The notes beneath the pieces are model-generated. The model made no database searches. It was given only the letters and a program-made list of their open reading frames with translations, and was not told the origin of the DNA. Source: the human T2T-CHM13v2.0 reference genome, Homo sapiens. Taken from it: a stretch of 64,000 nucleotides of DNA. Each line of letters opens with the position of its first letter. The first letter of the stretch is position 1. Of the stretch, positions 1-15,460 are shown piece after piece. The stretch lies in NCBI RefSeq assembly GCF_009914755.1, contig NC_060927.1, one strand, 5' to 3'. The position numbers were made by a program, and so were the translations under genes.

Positions 1-2063
1 GGAATGGAATTGAATGGAATGGAATGGAATACAATGGAGTGGAATGCAATGGAATGCAATCGAATGGAATTGTGAAATTAAATGTGAGCTGAGATAGTGC
101 CACTGCACTCCAGCCTGTGTGACAGAGTGAGATCCTGTTGAAAGAAATTAGTGGAATGTAAGAGAATAAATTATACTGGAATGGAATGGATTGGAGTGGA
201 GTGGAGAGGAATGGAGCTTAATGGAGTGGAAGGGAATGGGAAGGAGTGGAATGGAATGGAGTGGAGTGGAGTGGAGTGGAGTGGAGAGAAATGAGGTAAA
301 ATGCAATGGGATGGACTGGAATGGAGTGGAGTGGAGTGAATTGGAATGGAGTGGATTTGACTGGATTGCAGTGGAATGAAGTGGAGTGGAATGGAATGGA
401 ATGCAATGGAATGGAATGGAATGGAGGGGAGTGGAGTGGAGTTGAGGGGAATGGAGTGGAGTGGAATGGAGTGGAATGGAATGGAATGGAATGGAATGGA
501 ATGGTGAAATAAAATGTGAGCTGAGATTGTGCCACTGTGTTCCAGCCTTTTTTTGACACAGTGAGAGCCCGTCAAAGGAAAGGAATGGAATGGAATATGG
601 TGGAATGGAATGGAGTGGAGTGGATTGGAGTGGAGTGGAGTGGAGTCAAGTGGAACAGAGTGGAATGGAATAGGATGGAATCGAATGGCATGTAGTGGAG
701 TGGGATGGAGTGAATTTCAGTGGATTAGGGTGGAATGGAGTGGAATGGAATGGGATGGAAGGGAATGGCATGGAGTGTAGTGGAGTGGACTGGAGTGGGT
801 TAGAATGGAATTGAATGGAATGGTATGGAATGGAATGGAATGGAATGCAATGGAATGGAATGGTGAAATTGAATGTGAGCTGAGATAGTGCCACTCCACT
901 CCAGCCTGGGTGACAGATTGAGATCCTGTCAAAAGAAAGGAATGGAATTGAATGGAGGGGAATGGAATGGGATGGAGTGGGGTGGAGTGGAGTGGAGTGG
1001 AGGGGACTGGATTTGAGTGGAGTCTAGTGGAACAGAGTGGAATGGAATGGGGTGGAGTTGAACGGAATGGAATGGAGAGGAGTGGTGTGGAGTGGAGTGG
1101 ATTGGAATTCAATGGGATGGAATGGTATGGAGTGGAGTGGAATGGAGTGGAGTGGAATGGAATGGAATGGAATGGAATGGAATTGGAATGGAATGGAATG
1201 GAATGGAATGGAGAGGAGAGGAATGGAGTGGAATGTAGTGTAATTGGAAAGGATGGAATGGAATGGAATGCCATGGAATAGAATTAGGAATAGAATGGAA
1301 TGATGTGGAATGGAATGGAGTAGAATTCAGTGGAGTGGAGTGGAATGTAATGTAATGGAATGGGATGGGATGGAGTGGAATGGAATGGAGTGGAGTGGAG
1401 TGGAGTGGAGTGGAATGGAGTGGAATGCAATGGGATGTGATGGAATGGAGTGGAGTGGAGTTGAGTGGATTGAAATCGAATGGAATGGAGTGGAGAGGAG
1501 TGTAGTGGAATGGAATGGAATGGAATGGAATAGAAGGGAATAGAATGGTGAAATGAAATGTGAGCTGAGATTGTGCCACTGCACTCCATCCTGGGTGACA
1601 AGTGAGATTCTATCGAAAGAAAGGAATGGAACGGATTAGAGTGGAATGGAATGGAGTGGGGTAGAGTGGAGTGGAGTGTAGTGGAGTAGAGTGGAATAAA
1701 GAGGAATGGAATGGGATGTAATGGAAAGGAATGCAGTGGAGTGGAGTAAAGTGGAGTGGAGCGGAGTGGAGTGGTGTGGAGTGGAGTGGAGTGGAATGGA
1801 ATGGAATGGAGTGGAATGGAATGGAATGGAATGGAATGGAATGGAATGGAATGGAATGGCACGGTGAAATGAAATGTGGGCTGAGATTGTGCCACTTCAC
1901 TACAGCCTGGGTGACGGAGTGAGTTCCTGAAGAAATAAAATAATGTAATAGAATGGATTGGAATGAAATGGAATGGAGTGTAGTGGACTGGAGTAGAGTG
2001 GAAGGGAATGGAATGAAATGAGATGGAATGGAATGGAATGGAATAGAATGGAGTGGAGTGGAG
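1..2063 (+). repeat. Human satellite 3-type (GGAAT)n array, diverged and rich in GGAGT variants, with interspersed Alu-derived fragments
   Basis: Continuous GGAAT/GGAGT pentamers; the ORF track shows only MEWNG/FHSIP low-complexity translations. Confidence 0.95.
84..1930 (+). repeat. Five copies of a ~60-bp Alu right-arm 3' fragment embedded in the satellite (starts ~84, 516, 875, 1560, 1876)
   Basis: GTGAGCTGAGAT(T/A)GTGCCACTGCACTCCAGCCTGGGTGACAGAGTGAGA-like motif, each preceded by a GTGAAAT(G)AAAT-like leader. Confidence 0.9.
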
Positions 2064-2407
2064 TGCAAAAATCCTCAATAAAATACTAGCAAACCGAATC
2101 CAGCAGCAAATCAAAAAGCTTATCCACCATGATCAAATGGGTTTCATCCCTGGGATGCAAGGCTGGTACAACATACGCAAATCAGTAAACGTAATCCATC
2201 ATATAAACAGAACCAACGTCAAAAACCACGATTATCTCAATAGATGCAGAAAAGCCCTTTGACAAAATTCAACAACCTTCATGCTAAAAACTCTCAATAA
2301 ATTAGATATTGATGGGACGTATCTCAAAATGTTAAGAGCTATTTATGACAAACCCGCAGCCAATATCATACTGAATGGGCAAAACCTGAAAGCATTCCCT
2401 TTGAAAA
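2064..2407 (+). mobile_element. Internal L1PA ORF2 (RT region) fragment with no 3' end
   Basis: Translates [40 protein letters not shown] and [16 protein letters not shown]; homologous to ~22570-22917 of this window. Confidence 0.93.
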
Positions 2408-2660
2408 TCTCAGTTACCTTTCTTTTGGATATGTGTGTGAGGAAAGAGTATCTACAAACTACCCTTTTAGTTAAATGACATATACAATAAATATTAATAC
2501 CTACAGTCCTCATGTTGTACATTAGAGCCCTCAATTTGTTAATTCTACATATCTGCAACTTTGCATCCTTCGAATTCTCTATCTCCATTTTCTCTTCTCA
2601 CCCCCAGCCCCTGGTAACCACTGTTTTATACTCTATCTCTGCATATTTACCTTTTTGCTG
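2408..2660 (-). mobile_element. Old L1MA-type 3' UTR fragment
   Basis: ctacagtcctcatgttgtacattaga...cccccagcccctggtaaccactgttttatactct resembles an antisense L1MA 3' end. Confidence 0.65.
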
Positions 2661-4000
2661 TTTTTGTCCTGAGAAGTTTATTGGGACTTTCAGCTAGGAG
2701 ATAATATGTTCTGAGTCTTGATTATCTCAAATTATATCAGGTAAGAAGTTTTACTTGTCTGGAGAGCAGAGAGCAAGTGCATAATTTTATGCAGAAGAGG
2801 GAATAAAGAGAATTCTCTAATTAAAATTTGAATCAGAAATATGGTTCATATTTTTATGTACAACAATCTCTAAGGCTTCTTGGAAAGGAACTAGCTGCCT
2901 GATTTTTTTTCATTTGAATCCTCTAATACATGAAGAGGATGATTCTACCATACCAATCACAAGAATGATATCTGTAGAATCAAAAGTTGAAATCCTATTA
3001 TCCTAGAAGTTTTTTCAGAAAACTTGAACATGTATTGAAATGTCATGCTGGTCATATATGTTACAGCAATGAGGAATTTACTTATTATATACTTTAGCTT
3101 TTTAGCCCTTTCCCTGCCCACCAGAAATGTTTCTTTTGAATCCAATTTGGTCCTCAGAGTTTTAGAATGTTAAGGAATGTATAGGGGTATCTTTTTTCTT
3201 CTTTTTTTTTTGTCAAGCTATTGTATATTTTTACTTTACCTGTTTGGGTATGTAGTTACTATTTGTTTGGACTGTCATACTAGAAAAAAATTATAGTGAA
3301 TTTTACATGTATGGAGTCTTCATTAATCTGTATAAACTGACAAGTTTAGAATATCAAAGTCAACACTGTAAAAAATAAAGTGATATTTTATCTGGTCTAT
3401 CTCCTTGCAAATAAAAGAACAATAAATTCTGTACTATTATGAAATATAAGAGCTTGAAAATTTTTCAAGTGTCTTGTATAGAATGGCCTTCGAATTCAAG
3501 GTATAAACTACAACAAAACACTTTCGAGATCTAGTTTGATTGAAGAGTGCATTCTTACTTATTTATATATTCTCTGCAATTTCTGATTCAAGATAGTCCA
3601 CAATTCTAAAGGAAAACCAAAATAGAATAATAATTATAAAACAAAATAAAAAGTAATTGAGGAAGATAATTGAGCAACTTATTCTTGACAACTAGCTTTT
3701 TAACAAACAGAAAAGTGCACTAAAAATACTGCCTAGTTGTTTAAAGTAGGCTGAGATCTGACTGTATCCCCTGAGTGTCATAAAGAAAAAACTACCTTTG
3801 AGGAAGCACAGTGATTAAATTTAAAAGATTTATTGTTTAACCTCAGGAAGACTTTCAATAACTTTTTATAAATTGTATACAGTTAATGGAAGACATGCTA
3901 GGCTTCTTGTAAGAATTTATTCCAGATCACTGTGTATAATTAATGGCTTGTCTACATATTTTTTCAATAAAACTGTTCATGAAGAATTTTAAGTATGCAC

Positions 4001-4146
4001 TTTCAGTACCAGAATGAATATATCTTTGTGAAGATACCATTTATGTACCATAACATCCAAAGCATAATGAGGAGATTTTGATACACTGCAGATTTAGAAC
4101 TGAGTTGGAAAACAAAACTTCAACATACTGTCTTGTCAGCACAAAG
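4001..4146 (+). repeat. Copy 1 of a ~146-bp dispersed direct duplication
   Basis: Aligns closely with 4746-4891. Confidence 0.92.
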
Positions 4147-4597
4147 CAAATAAATTCATCACTGTCAGTTGAGATTTAAATTCACAAACTTATAAGCAAT
4201 AAAATCAAAGTAATTTTGTTATAAGTTTTTTGACACCAGATTATATGGGGTAAATAATTTACTTTCTAATCAAGCAATTGATACATATAAACCTGAAATG
4301 GAGAGTTTTGCCTTTTAATTAGATACATTGTTACGCAAAGAGTGGTTGAAGCTGCAGTTGAGAATTATCTTTTTCTCTTTTTGCTGTTCTTACAAGGACA
4401 GTTTCTAGAATTCTTTTCAAAACAATAGAACAGAAAATTTCACTTACTCACTTAATTTAACTTTTGTTAAAGTACTTTGCCAAAATTAGCAAACTATGAA
4501 AGGAAAGTTTGCCTTTTCAATATATATGTAAGTGGCAAGTAAAAGTTGTTCTTAAATCACGTGATCTCATAGAAATAACATGGGATAAAAAGAGTTC

Positions 4598-5305
4598 TGA
4601 AGGTGTTCAGGAAATGCCAGTCCTAAATGTATTGCTTTGGTGTACTGATTACATTGAACTGAAAATATTTGAAAAATAACAACTGTGGGACATGCTTTCT
4701 CTGCACTCCCTTTACGTTCCTCAAGAGAGATCCTCCAAAAGGAATTTTCAATACCAGAATGAATGTATCTTTGTAAAGATACCATTTATCTACCATAACA
4801 TCCAAAGCATGATGAGGAGATTTTTATACACTGCAGATTTAGAACTGAATTGGAAAACAAAGCTTCAAGATACTGTCTTGTCAGCACAAAGACATTCATC
4901 TCCTTCCTAGGAGTTTCATCAGCCAGGGAAAATTGACTCCTCATATCACAGGAGACAAGACTAAGAGTCCATTCCACACCAATGCAGACTGCCACAAACT
5001 ATCATCTATGCTCCTAGGGGTCTGGTCATCTTTCCCAAAAGTCATTTGCTCTCCCTTAAGTTTCCTACATTCTTCCTCCTGCCTTCCCTACAAGCTCCTA
5101 AATCTCACTGGGTTTTTTTCTTGGTGGTGTTTTGTTTGTTTTGTTTTGTTTTGTTTTTGATTCCACGTTTCTTTCCTGTGATTCCCCCATGCGTGTAATA
5201 AATGTGTACACATTTTCTTCTTTTGACATGCCTGTTATCCATTTATTCAATAGACTCAGTTATCATACCTTCAGAGGGTAGAGGGAAAGGTCTCCAAGTC
5301 CTACA
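4598..5305 (+). mobile_element. ERV1-class solo LTR (MER34/MER39-like)
   Basis: TG...CA ends; 4-bp TSD GTTC at 4594-4597 and 5306-5309; AATAAA near 5197; 3' end cagagggtagagggaaagg...cctaca. Confidence 0.75.
4746..4891 (+). repeat. Copy 2 of the ~146-bp duplication, lying inside the LTR
   Basis: ccagaatgaatgtatctttgtaaagatacc...tcttgtcagcacaaag matches 4001-4146. Confidence 0.92.
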
Positions 5306-5594
5306 GTTCCAAAAGAAAATAGCTAGTAATGCAAATGCAAAAGTCATATAAACATTGAGACAAAGTTAGCGTCTTATATGGTACGTTCAGAAAGAAGAGG
5401 TGTGTTGCACACCAAGGGACATTTTCCTGGTCTTAGCTACTAAGTTTCTCTGAGAAGAAGCAGTTACTACTACAGCAGTTAAACACCTGACTCCCAAATT
5501 ATAAAAGCCTAAGTGTTCAGATTAAATCATGAGTTGTCACCTGTGAATCATAAAGTCTGAACTCTTTAAATTGCAAACACACATAGAAAAACGA

Positions 5595-5727
5595 TTCTTA
5601 CACAGGGATCCATGAGTGGAACTGCAAAGTTTTGTCAAAATCTATATATATGTTTTCTTTTTAAGGGTCATAGATTTCAATATATGTTAAAAGATATCTG
5701 GGGCTAGTAAAGATTAATAACCATTTT
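5595..5727 (-). mobile_element. MER103-like hAT-Charlie DNA transposon remnant
   Basis: gggatccatg...tgcaaagttttg...agggtcatagatttca...agattaataaccatt resembles antisense MER103. Confidence 0.4.
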
Positions 5728-6933
5728 CAGTTTTGTGCTGAAATTGGCAAATCATGGCTTTTCTCCCTCCAACACACCCCCTCCCGCCTCAGCACACCAC
5801 TGGTTAATCTTTATTTTCAGGAGAGAAAAAGATGTTTCATATTAATAAAGGTAAATTATACACTTGTTTGTTTTATACTTTTCCACCTCTTAAGCTTAAT
5901 CGTGTTTTAATAATGTATAATTGAATACATTAACATTTAGATGTTAGTAAATGAATAACAAATGTTCATTATTTCTCTTGAGTAGAGGAATAAAAATTTT
6001 GCACCTGTTGTATAGAATGATTTTTAAAATCTCATTCAATCCTTCAGAAGTTTAAGATTTTTTTTCAAGAATTTTTATATAAAATTTTTACTCAGAAGCA
6101 GATAGCTCACAAAAAGTATGGGGGTTTTTTGGATTATAAATAAACTATTCCACTCACCAAGATGCTGAGACATCCTACTTTCTGGTATTTTGAAATAAAA
6201 ACAAAACACAAGAATGTGACGATGAAGCAAGTGAAAATTAAAAGGGTACAGACTTTAGAAGTATCATAAGCTAAAAATAAAATGAAACAAACCTGTAAAG
6301 GAACCAAAAGCCCAGGTAGATATAATACAGTAAATTATGAGAAGCTAAAAAAAATGAGGAGGTGATAAACAATAAAGTGAAAATCTCTGATAAAACCAAA
6401 ACTACTTGAATGGCAGTCAACAAAACAGAAGAAAAAAATGACACTCATAACAAGGCAGAACTATGGAAATGCATCCCTGGGGGTAAGATAATAGAGTTGC
6501 GAATTAGTGGAGGTGGATCACAAATACTGGCCAAATAAAGCCCGCTAACATAATTCAAAGGACAGAGAAATTCTGTAGCTGAAGATAAAAAGTCTGAAAT
6601 ACATTATGGTATAGTCAAATGAGTGTCATTTCTAATAGACACACTTATTTTTCAAGAGTTGATAATATGAAGTAAAAATTTAGTATGCAAAGTTCAAATT
6701 TTCCATTTGTTGAGTAATTCATTTTTATTAAATATTTTCCAACAATTAAACTAAAGTGGTACCAGAACAGAGTAGACATTCTGAGTTTTCACTTTACAAA
6801 AGCTACACATAAATCTACGTACTTCTTAAGGGTATAAACAAAGTCAGAGCCTGTGTGATATTTCAATAAACAATTGGAGAAAATTTTTTTAAGAATAGAT
6901 TATATACATATTGACCTCTTTGAGAACCTTATT

Positions 6934-8750
<1,817 letters not shown>

Positions 8751-8786
8751 GAGATCCTTATTGTGAGATTCAATTCAGAATCTGGG

Positions 8787-9084
<298 letters not shown>

Positions 9085-10650
9085 CAGAATCTGGGTCTTA
9101 ACCAGATTTGCCATTATAAAATGAAATGAAACCAAAACCACCAGTCAATATCTGTAGCAGTGTTATTGTTGGGGAGCATGCACGTTTGTTTGAGCTTACT
9201 TATATATACAGAGCTGTTGAGCTTAATCTTTAAATTGAAAATTTTTAGTATTTTTAGAATGTTTTAGATACTTTGATGAATAAATTTTGTGTTAACAAAC
9301 TACTATTAATAAAACTTATAAATATTTCTGAACACATTGGCAGAGGTAAATGATAAAGTTATATTCACACAATTAGTTTTTCTTGCACAGAATTGACATT
9401 TTGTCAAAAAGTTAAAATCTTTGAAATGTGTTTTCTGTCCTCATCTTTCCCCTTTTGAGCATTTTTCCCCCTGGGTTGGTTATAAAATATTCCCTAACTT
9501 CAGGTATCTGGTTAAGTTTTGGGTTTTCTCCCTTCCTACCAACTCATATGGATTGGTAATGATCTGATAGAAGACAATTGCCAAAAATCAATCAAATATG
9601 TTTTAAATGAAACTTCTCCAATATAATATTCATATTAATCCTTCTTTAATTGCTGAATGAGTAATAATTGTTCACTGACCCTTAAAATCCTAAAACTTAA
9701 TCAGCTCACTGGAGTGGATGAATGGATGTTTGTCTAGATGAGAATGCTTAAGGTCTACTTCAAGGAGTTCATAATAGTAAAAATGTCCTTTTCTTCCATC
9801 AGAAACTTCATCCTGGATCTTTTCATCCTTGTTTTTCTACTAGCTCTCCTTCTCCAAATACACTGACTTGGAACCCCAGTTTCAGTGGTGGACTGCGTGG
9901 ATTTGATTCTAAGCTATGCTATAATGAGAAAGTAGCTCTAACCCTATTCTCATTTTCTTCACCTGTAATATAGAAATCATCATCAGACAATATACAGATA
10001 GGGGCCAGTTATTTCACAGATAATAATAGGTGAAAATGGAGAGTATGTGGGTGTAGGCATGGAAAAGTGAGTTTAAATGGTTTCAGGAGTCTGTGGAAAT
10101 TGTCTTTGGGTGATTCAATGTTCTCAGGGAAGCACACCCAAAAAGACATTGAGGATTTCTGGGGAAGTGTTAGGGATTAGAGACAGGATAAGATACAAAA
10201 CTAGGAAAATTAGAGAGTGAATAGATTGGAACATATGTAGTATGATTGATTGATAGGCGGCACTCAGATTCTCAGTTTCAAGTGGGATATTTTTCAATTT
10301 GATCCATATAGCTAGTTGCTAAAATATATGTGGGGATTTGGTGGAAATTTGGATCTAACCAGGGTTATTTTCCTGGTTAGATTCAGCAAAGTGAAAGAGA
10401 AACAAGGAAGTTGAAGTTTCCTGGGAATGGTTGGCCACGGAATTTAGGCAGGAGAACAGGAAATAGAGTACATCAGTAGGTAAGGGTCATTATAAATATG
10501 ATAAAATAATAGTTTGGAGGTCTCAGAGAGATTGAAAAATTTTATGTCAGCGTATGAAAGGGAATGATTAAAGGAGGAGTTCAGAGAATGGGATGAATGA
10601 AATTGTGACTACAGAGGAGTTGCTATTATAAGTAACGACGATGCTTCACT

Positions 10651-10840
10651 CAGTCCCTCTGGAAGTGTGGTCCCTGTGCTAGCAGCAACAGCATCACCTG
10701 GGAACTTACTAGAACTGCATATTCTCAGGTTACACCCCCAGATCTTCCAAATATGAAATTCCAATAGCAGGTCTCAGCAATCTCTTATTGTAACACAACT
10801 GTAGGCAATTTTGAGGCACACAGTAGTTAGCACAACTGGT
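10651..10840 (+). mobile_element. MER5A DNA transposon
   Basis: aagtgtggtccc...agcagcaacagcatcacctgggaacttactagaactgcatattctcagg. Confidence 0.75.
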
Positions 10841-10844
10841 CTAG

Positions 10845-11530
10845 TGTATGTCTTATTTGGTCTTCCTCCCCGGTTCACAGTACAGAGCTCCTAAAACTTG
10901 AAATTTCCTGATAGAGATGAGAGGACCATCCTTTACTAGTCATAAGTCCCTCTTAGCCATACCTGAGTTTATGCTATTGACATGACATGAGTGGTGGCTG
11001 GAGACCCGTATGGCTTCAGGGTGGGTGCTTGACACCAGAAACATGAAGGCATAACTAGATGGTTAAAACTGTCAGCCCTCTCCTCCATCACCTCTGAGGT
11101 GCTGGGAGGGTGATACAATGATATACTTAAAGGTCATATGGCAGCTTTGTGCCCCTTTTCACCATACCTGGCCCTATGTGTCTCTTCTATTTGACAGTTC
11201 CTGATTTGTATCAGACAGTAACTGTAAGCAAAGTGCTTTCTTGGGTTCTGTGAGCCATCTTAGCAAATTATAGAACCTGGGGAAGGAATCCATGGAAGTC
11301 CTAATTTATAGCCAGTTGGTCAGGAGTATGGCAGGCCCACAACTCCTCTCTAATGGTGGGGGTGTGGCAGTCTTGTGGTCCTGAACCCTGAACTTGTGGG
11401 ATCTGATGCTATCTCCAGATAGATAGTCTCAGGATTGAATTGAATTGTAGGACACCATTTGGTGTCCTGAGAGTTGAAAAATTGATTGGGGTGAGACTAA
11501 ACCAACAAATTTCATCTCAGAAGTTTGAGT
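10845..11530 (+). mobile_element. MER21-type LTR
   Basis: cagagctcctaaaac...cctgagtttatgcta...ggttctgtgagccat...gggatctgatgctatctccagatagatagt...attgaattgaattg. Confidence 0.75.
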
Positions 11531-12379
11531 AGAAATAATTCTGTTGGAAAACATTATCGTTAGATCAAAGGTGTTAATAGAACTGAGAGATCAAAATGGC
11601 AAAGAGTCATCTATGATTACACATTGTTGACATAAACTAGAATTAAGACAAGAGTATGTCAAAGAGAGTTACATTGAGCCAGGGATAAAAATAGTCAATT
11701 GATTGATTAGAATTTAGTAAATGCTATTTTTTGAAAAATTAATATTTAGTTAATTAATGGAGATACTTAATTATCTCCATTTTGACTTTAAATTTAAAAC
11801 TAAAAAATTGATATTTTATCTATTTTCCATAAATGGAAATTGAAAAGCAATAGCAAAATGCTTCGACAGAAAATCTGCCCTTCTTATTCCCAAGAGGAAG
11901 AATGGCCAACTACCTTAAGAATAAGTTAGAAAAACTTTCATAATTTTTTAAGTTGCCATATTTTATAGCTTTGAACAAGTTGAATTATTAACTAGACTGC
12001 CCAGGGAATGGAGCCATCTAATATAATTTCCTTACTATTTAGATAAAATCTTTGTTGTTGAAAATCTTAATCATTTTTAATGATCCTGTTTTCAGAGCCT
12101 GATATTAATGATTCGTGAAACTCATTAAATGCAGTTATGCATCTGATTTGAAAATCATGAGGGAGATTTTTGGTCAGATATGCATAGCAAATCTATGTCA
12201 CTAGACATAAGTCCCTTCTACCCATGCCACAACCTTTATGTCTACTCTTGAATTGAGGTTTTGCTACGTTTTATTTTTGAGGTTTAAGAATTATTCATTT
12301 AACTGTCGGAAAATTGTGTTTCTCTTGTTAGAATAGAGCCCAATTTATCCTTTCTATTTTTCATGGAGACATGAAAGGA

Positions 12380-12595
12380 TGTGAATTTGCAATCAGAGAA
12401 ACCTGAGTTCCACCATGCTTTCTTCCTCTTGCAAGCCATGAAATCCACAGTGGGTTAGTGGATATTACAAACCTCTGGTCCCACCTTATTAAGATGGAAA
12501 AAAATAAGACTAATTGAAAGAACAAATGTGGTAATGAGAAGAAATGGTATCAATAAAATTCCTGGAACACAGTAAGTTCTAACAAATGCTAGTTC
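12380..12595 (+). mobile_element. MIR fragment
   Basis: aatcagagaaacctgagttc...cctggaacacagtaagttctaacaaatgctag. Confidence 0.5.
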
Positions 12596-14677
12596 TTTTC
12601 TTTCATAATTCAAAATCTAAATAGAAGCCAGTTGGTAATTCCAAGATAATAGTATGAAGACAAAAAAAAGTTTGTTAACTGACCTTCAACCATTGAGACC
12701 TTATCTTATAGGAAGCAAAATTAACAAATATTTTCTCCCTTCTACAAATGTATACCCTCTGAGAAAGAGAGACAGTGTTCCAATCAAGACGATGACAGTA
12801 TTCTGTGCACACATAGGAAAGGAAGAAGAATAAGAGAGAACCTTCAAAAAGACAATTTTAGATAGGCATCCTATTTTTACCGGCAATAACATTTTTTAGA
12901 ACTTACGGCATACAAAATAGACATTAAATGGACTCAGTGTTGAGAAATTTTTATAAGGCTGCTTTATTTTCTTCTATGGTAAATCTAGGAACCAATAAAA
13001 TAGCTTTGATAATTCACTCATTACATTCTTTCCTAACTAAACTATTTACATTATAAACTTTGTTGATATGCTGTGCTTTTGCATTAATAATTCTCATGTG
13101 TCTCATTTGTGAATACATGAAAACTAGTTGTAAAATAAGGAAAATGTAATTTTGAAACATCTTCAAAAACAGTTGCATAATTTAACAAATGTTTATAAAT
13201 TTTCGTCCTTACTCTAAAACCATAGATATCCTAAAATTGACTGAAGGTAAAATGATTTTTAAAGAACTGGATTTCTCACCATGAGTTATTTTATCTCCAT
13301 ACAAACTGTGGTAGTGTTATACAATGGTTAAGAAGAAATTACTTAAAAATAAGAATAAAGATACAGCTTATTAACACTTCATTTTGTGGATGAGACCTGA
13401 AAAATTAAACTTTTCTTCTAGAGACAAGTTGTAGTTGTGTATATAGAGTGTGAATAGATAGTGTCCATATTTTACTGTCATTATTTAAACAGAAACATGC
13501 AATTTGCACTTCAAAAACCTACTACAAATTAACTGTGTCATTTGGAAGTGTCAAAATTATCTCATTAATGATCAGATAGGCTTTTGGCTCATTGTAATGA
13601 GATGTTCCTATAAACCTAATTTGAAAGACAAAGACAGAGTTTGGAGTCTTTAATTCTTGGTAAAAATCAGTAGCTCTATTTAGGGCTATATTTGCAAAAT
13701 ACTATTTCAACTCAAGCATATTTTTATTTACAAGGCACTTCACAAATGTTGACCACAAAGATGTTTCTACCTAGCAGAAATAATTATAGTTACATATAGT
13801 TGTCTAGGAATATCTTAAACATGGGGTATTAAAATAACTTTCAAGAACAAGAAGAAATGTTACACCAGGCATTTTTGCAACTAGTGCTCTATTTCAGTGC
13901 AATATTTGTGGCAATTAAAAAACATAAATGGCTTGGATATATAGCTAAGTTATCAAAGGAAAAATATGCAAAGGCATGATTATTTTATAAATGTGCCACA
14001 TATGTGACTTGAGGTACAAATCCTCTAAGTTTAAAATTGTCTTTTTAAAAAAGAAATCAAAACAGACAAGTGGGCAATGAGTTATGGATACTATTATAGG
14101 GTACCCTGATAAACTAGTAAGAAGACGACTTTTGGTACTGAAAATTCCAATTAACCACATGCCCCCATTAAGGCCATGATCACTGCCAATTTTTACTCAC
14201 AAAGGCTGGAGCTAGAGTTATATGGAATTCCATATGTATCTAAACCATAGATTTATCAATTATCACTTAAATACAACTTGGAAGACACTATCCAGAATTT
14301 GTAGGGCTTGGCCTTATTCTAGAGAAACATACACTGGAATAGGCAGTTGGATTTTAAATTCAGTCTTAAATCTGTTGAAAATAATGCATTTTTTTCTCAG
14401 AGATGAGATATTGTTCAACTCTTTTGACTTATTTTAGATTTGATAATATACAGTTCAAACACCATGGAGATTTACTAATCTGAATGAACACATACCAAAT
14501 TTGTCTTTGCTCCAGTCTCGAAATTTGAGATTAATTCTAGCTGCTGAAGAAATTTTCCAGTGTTAGGAGTATGCTTCAATGCTGGTGACCGGTACTACTT
14601 TCTGGTAAACTATAGATGACATGTGTGCTTTCATTGCCTAAACTCACTTTGTAGAACACCATTAAATGAAAATCATC

Positions 14678-14979
<302 letters not shown>

Positions 14980-14994
14980 TCAGTGACTCTTTGT

Positions 14995-15067
14995 TTTTCA
15001 TGCTGATAAACTATTACGCAGAAAAAGAAAATTTTCATGCTGATAAACTATTACACAGAAAAAGAAA
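14995..15067 (+). repeat. 37-bp tandem duplication
   Basis: ttttcatgctgataaactattac(g/a)cagaaaaagaaa x2. Confidence 0.9.
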
Positions 15068-15125
15068 TGTATCCATTATGGACAATTGAAAGGGCTATAC
15101 AATCTCTCTCATTGTATGATTCTAG

Positions 15126-15460
<335 letters not shown>

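Noticed and set aside
72-1935. Repeat-spacer pattern resembling a CRISPR array
   Set aside because: The repeats are Alu fragments, the spacers are satellite, the DNA is eukaryotic and there are no cas genes
171-2114. Many long ORFs on both strands (up to 276 aa)
   Set aside because: Translations of pentamer satellite (FHSIP/MEWNG), not genes
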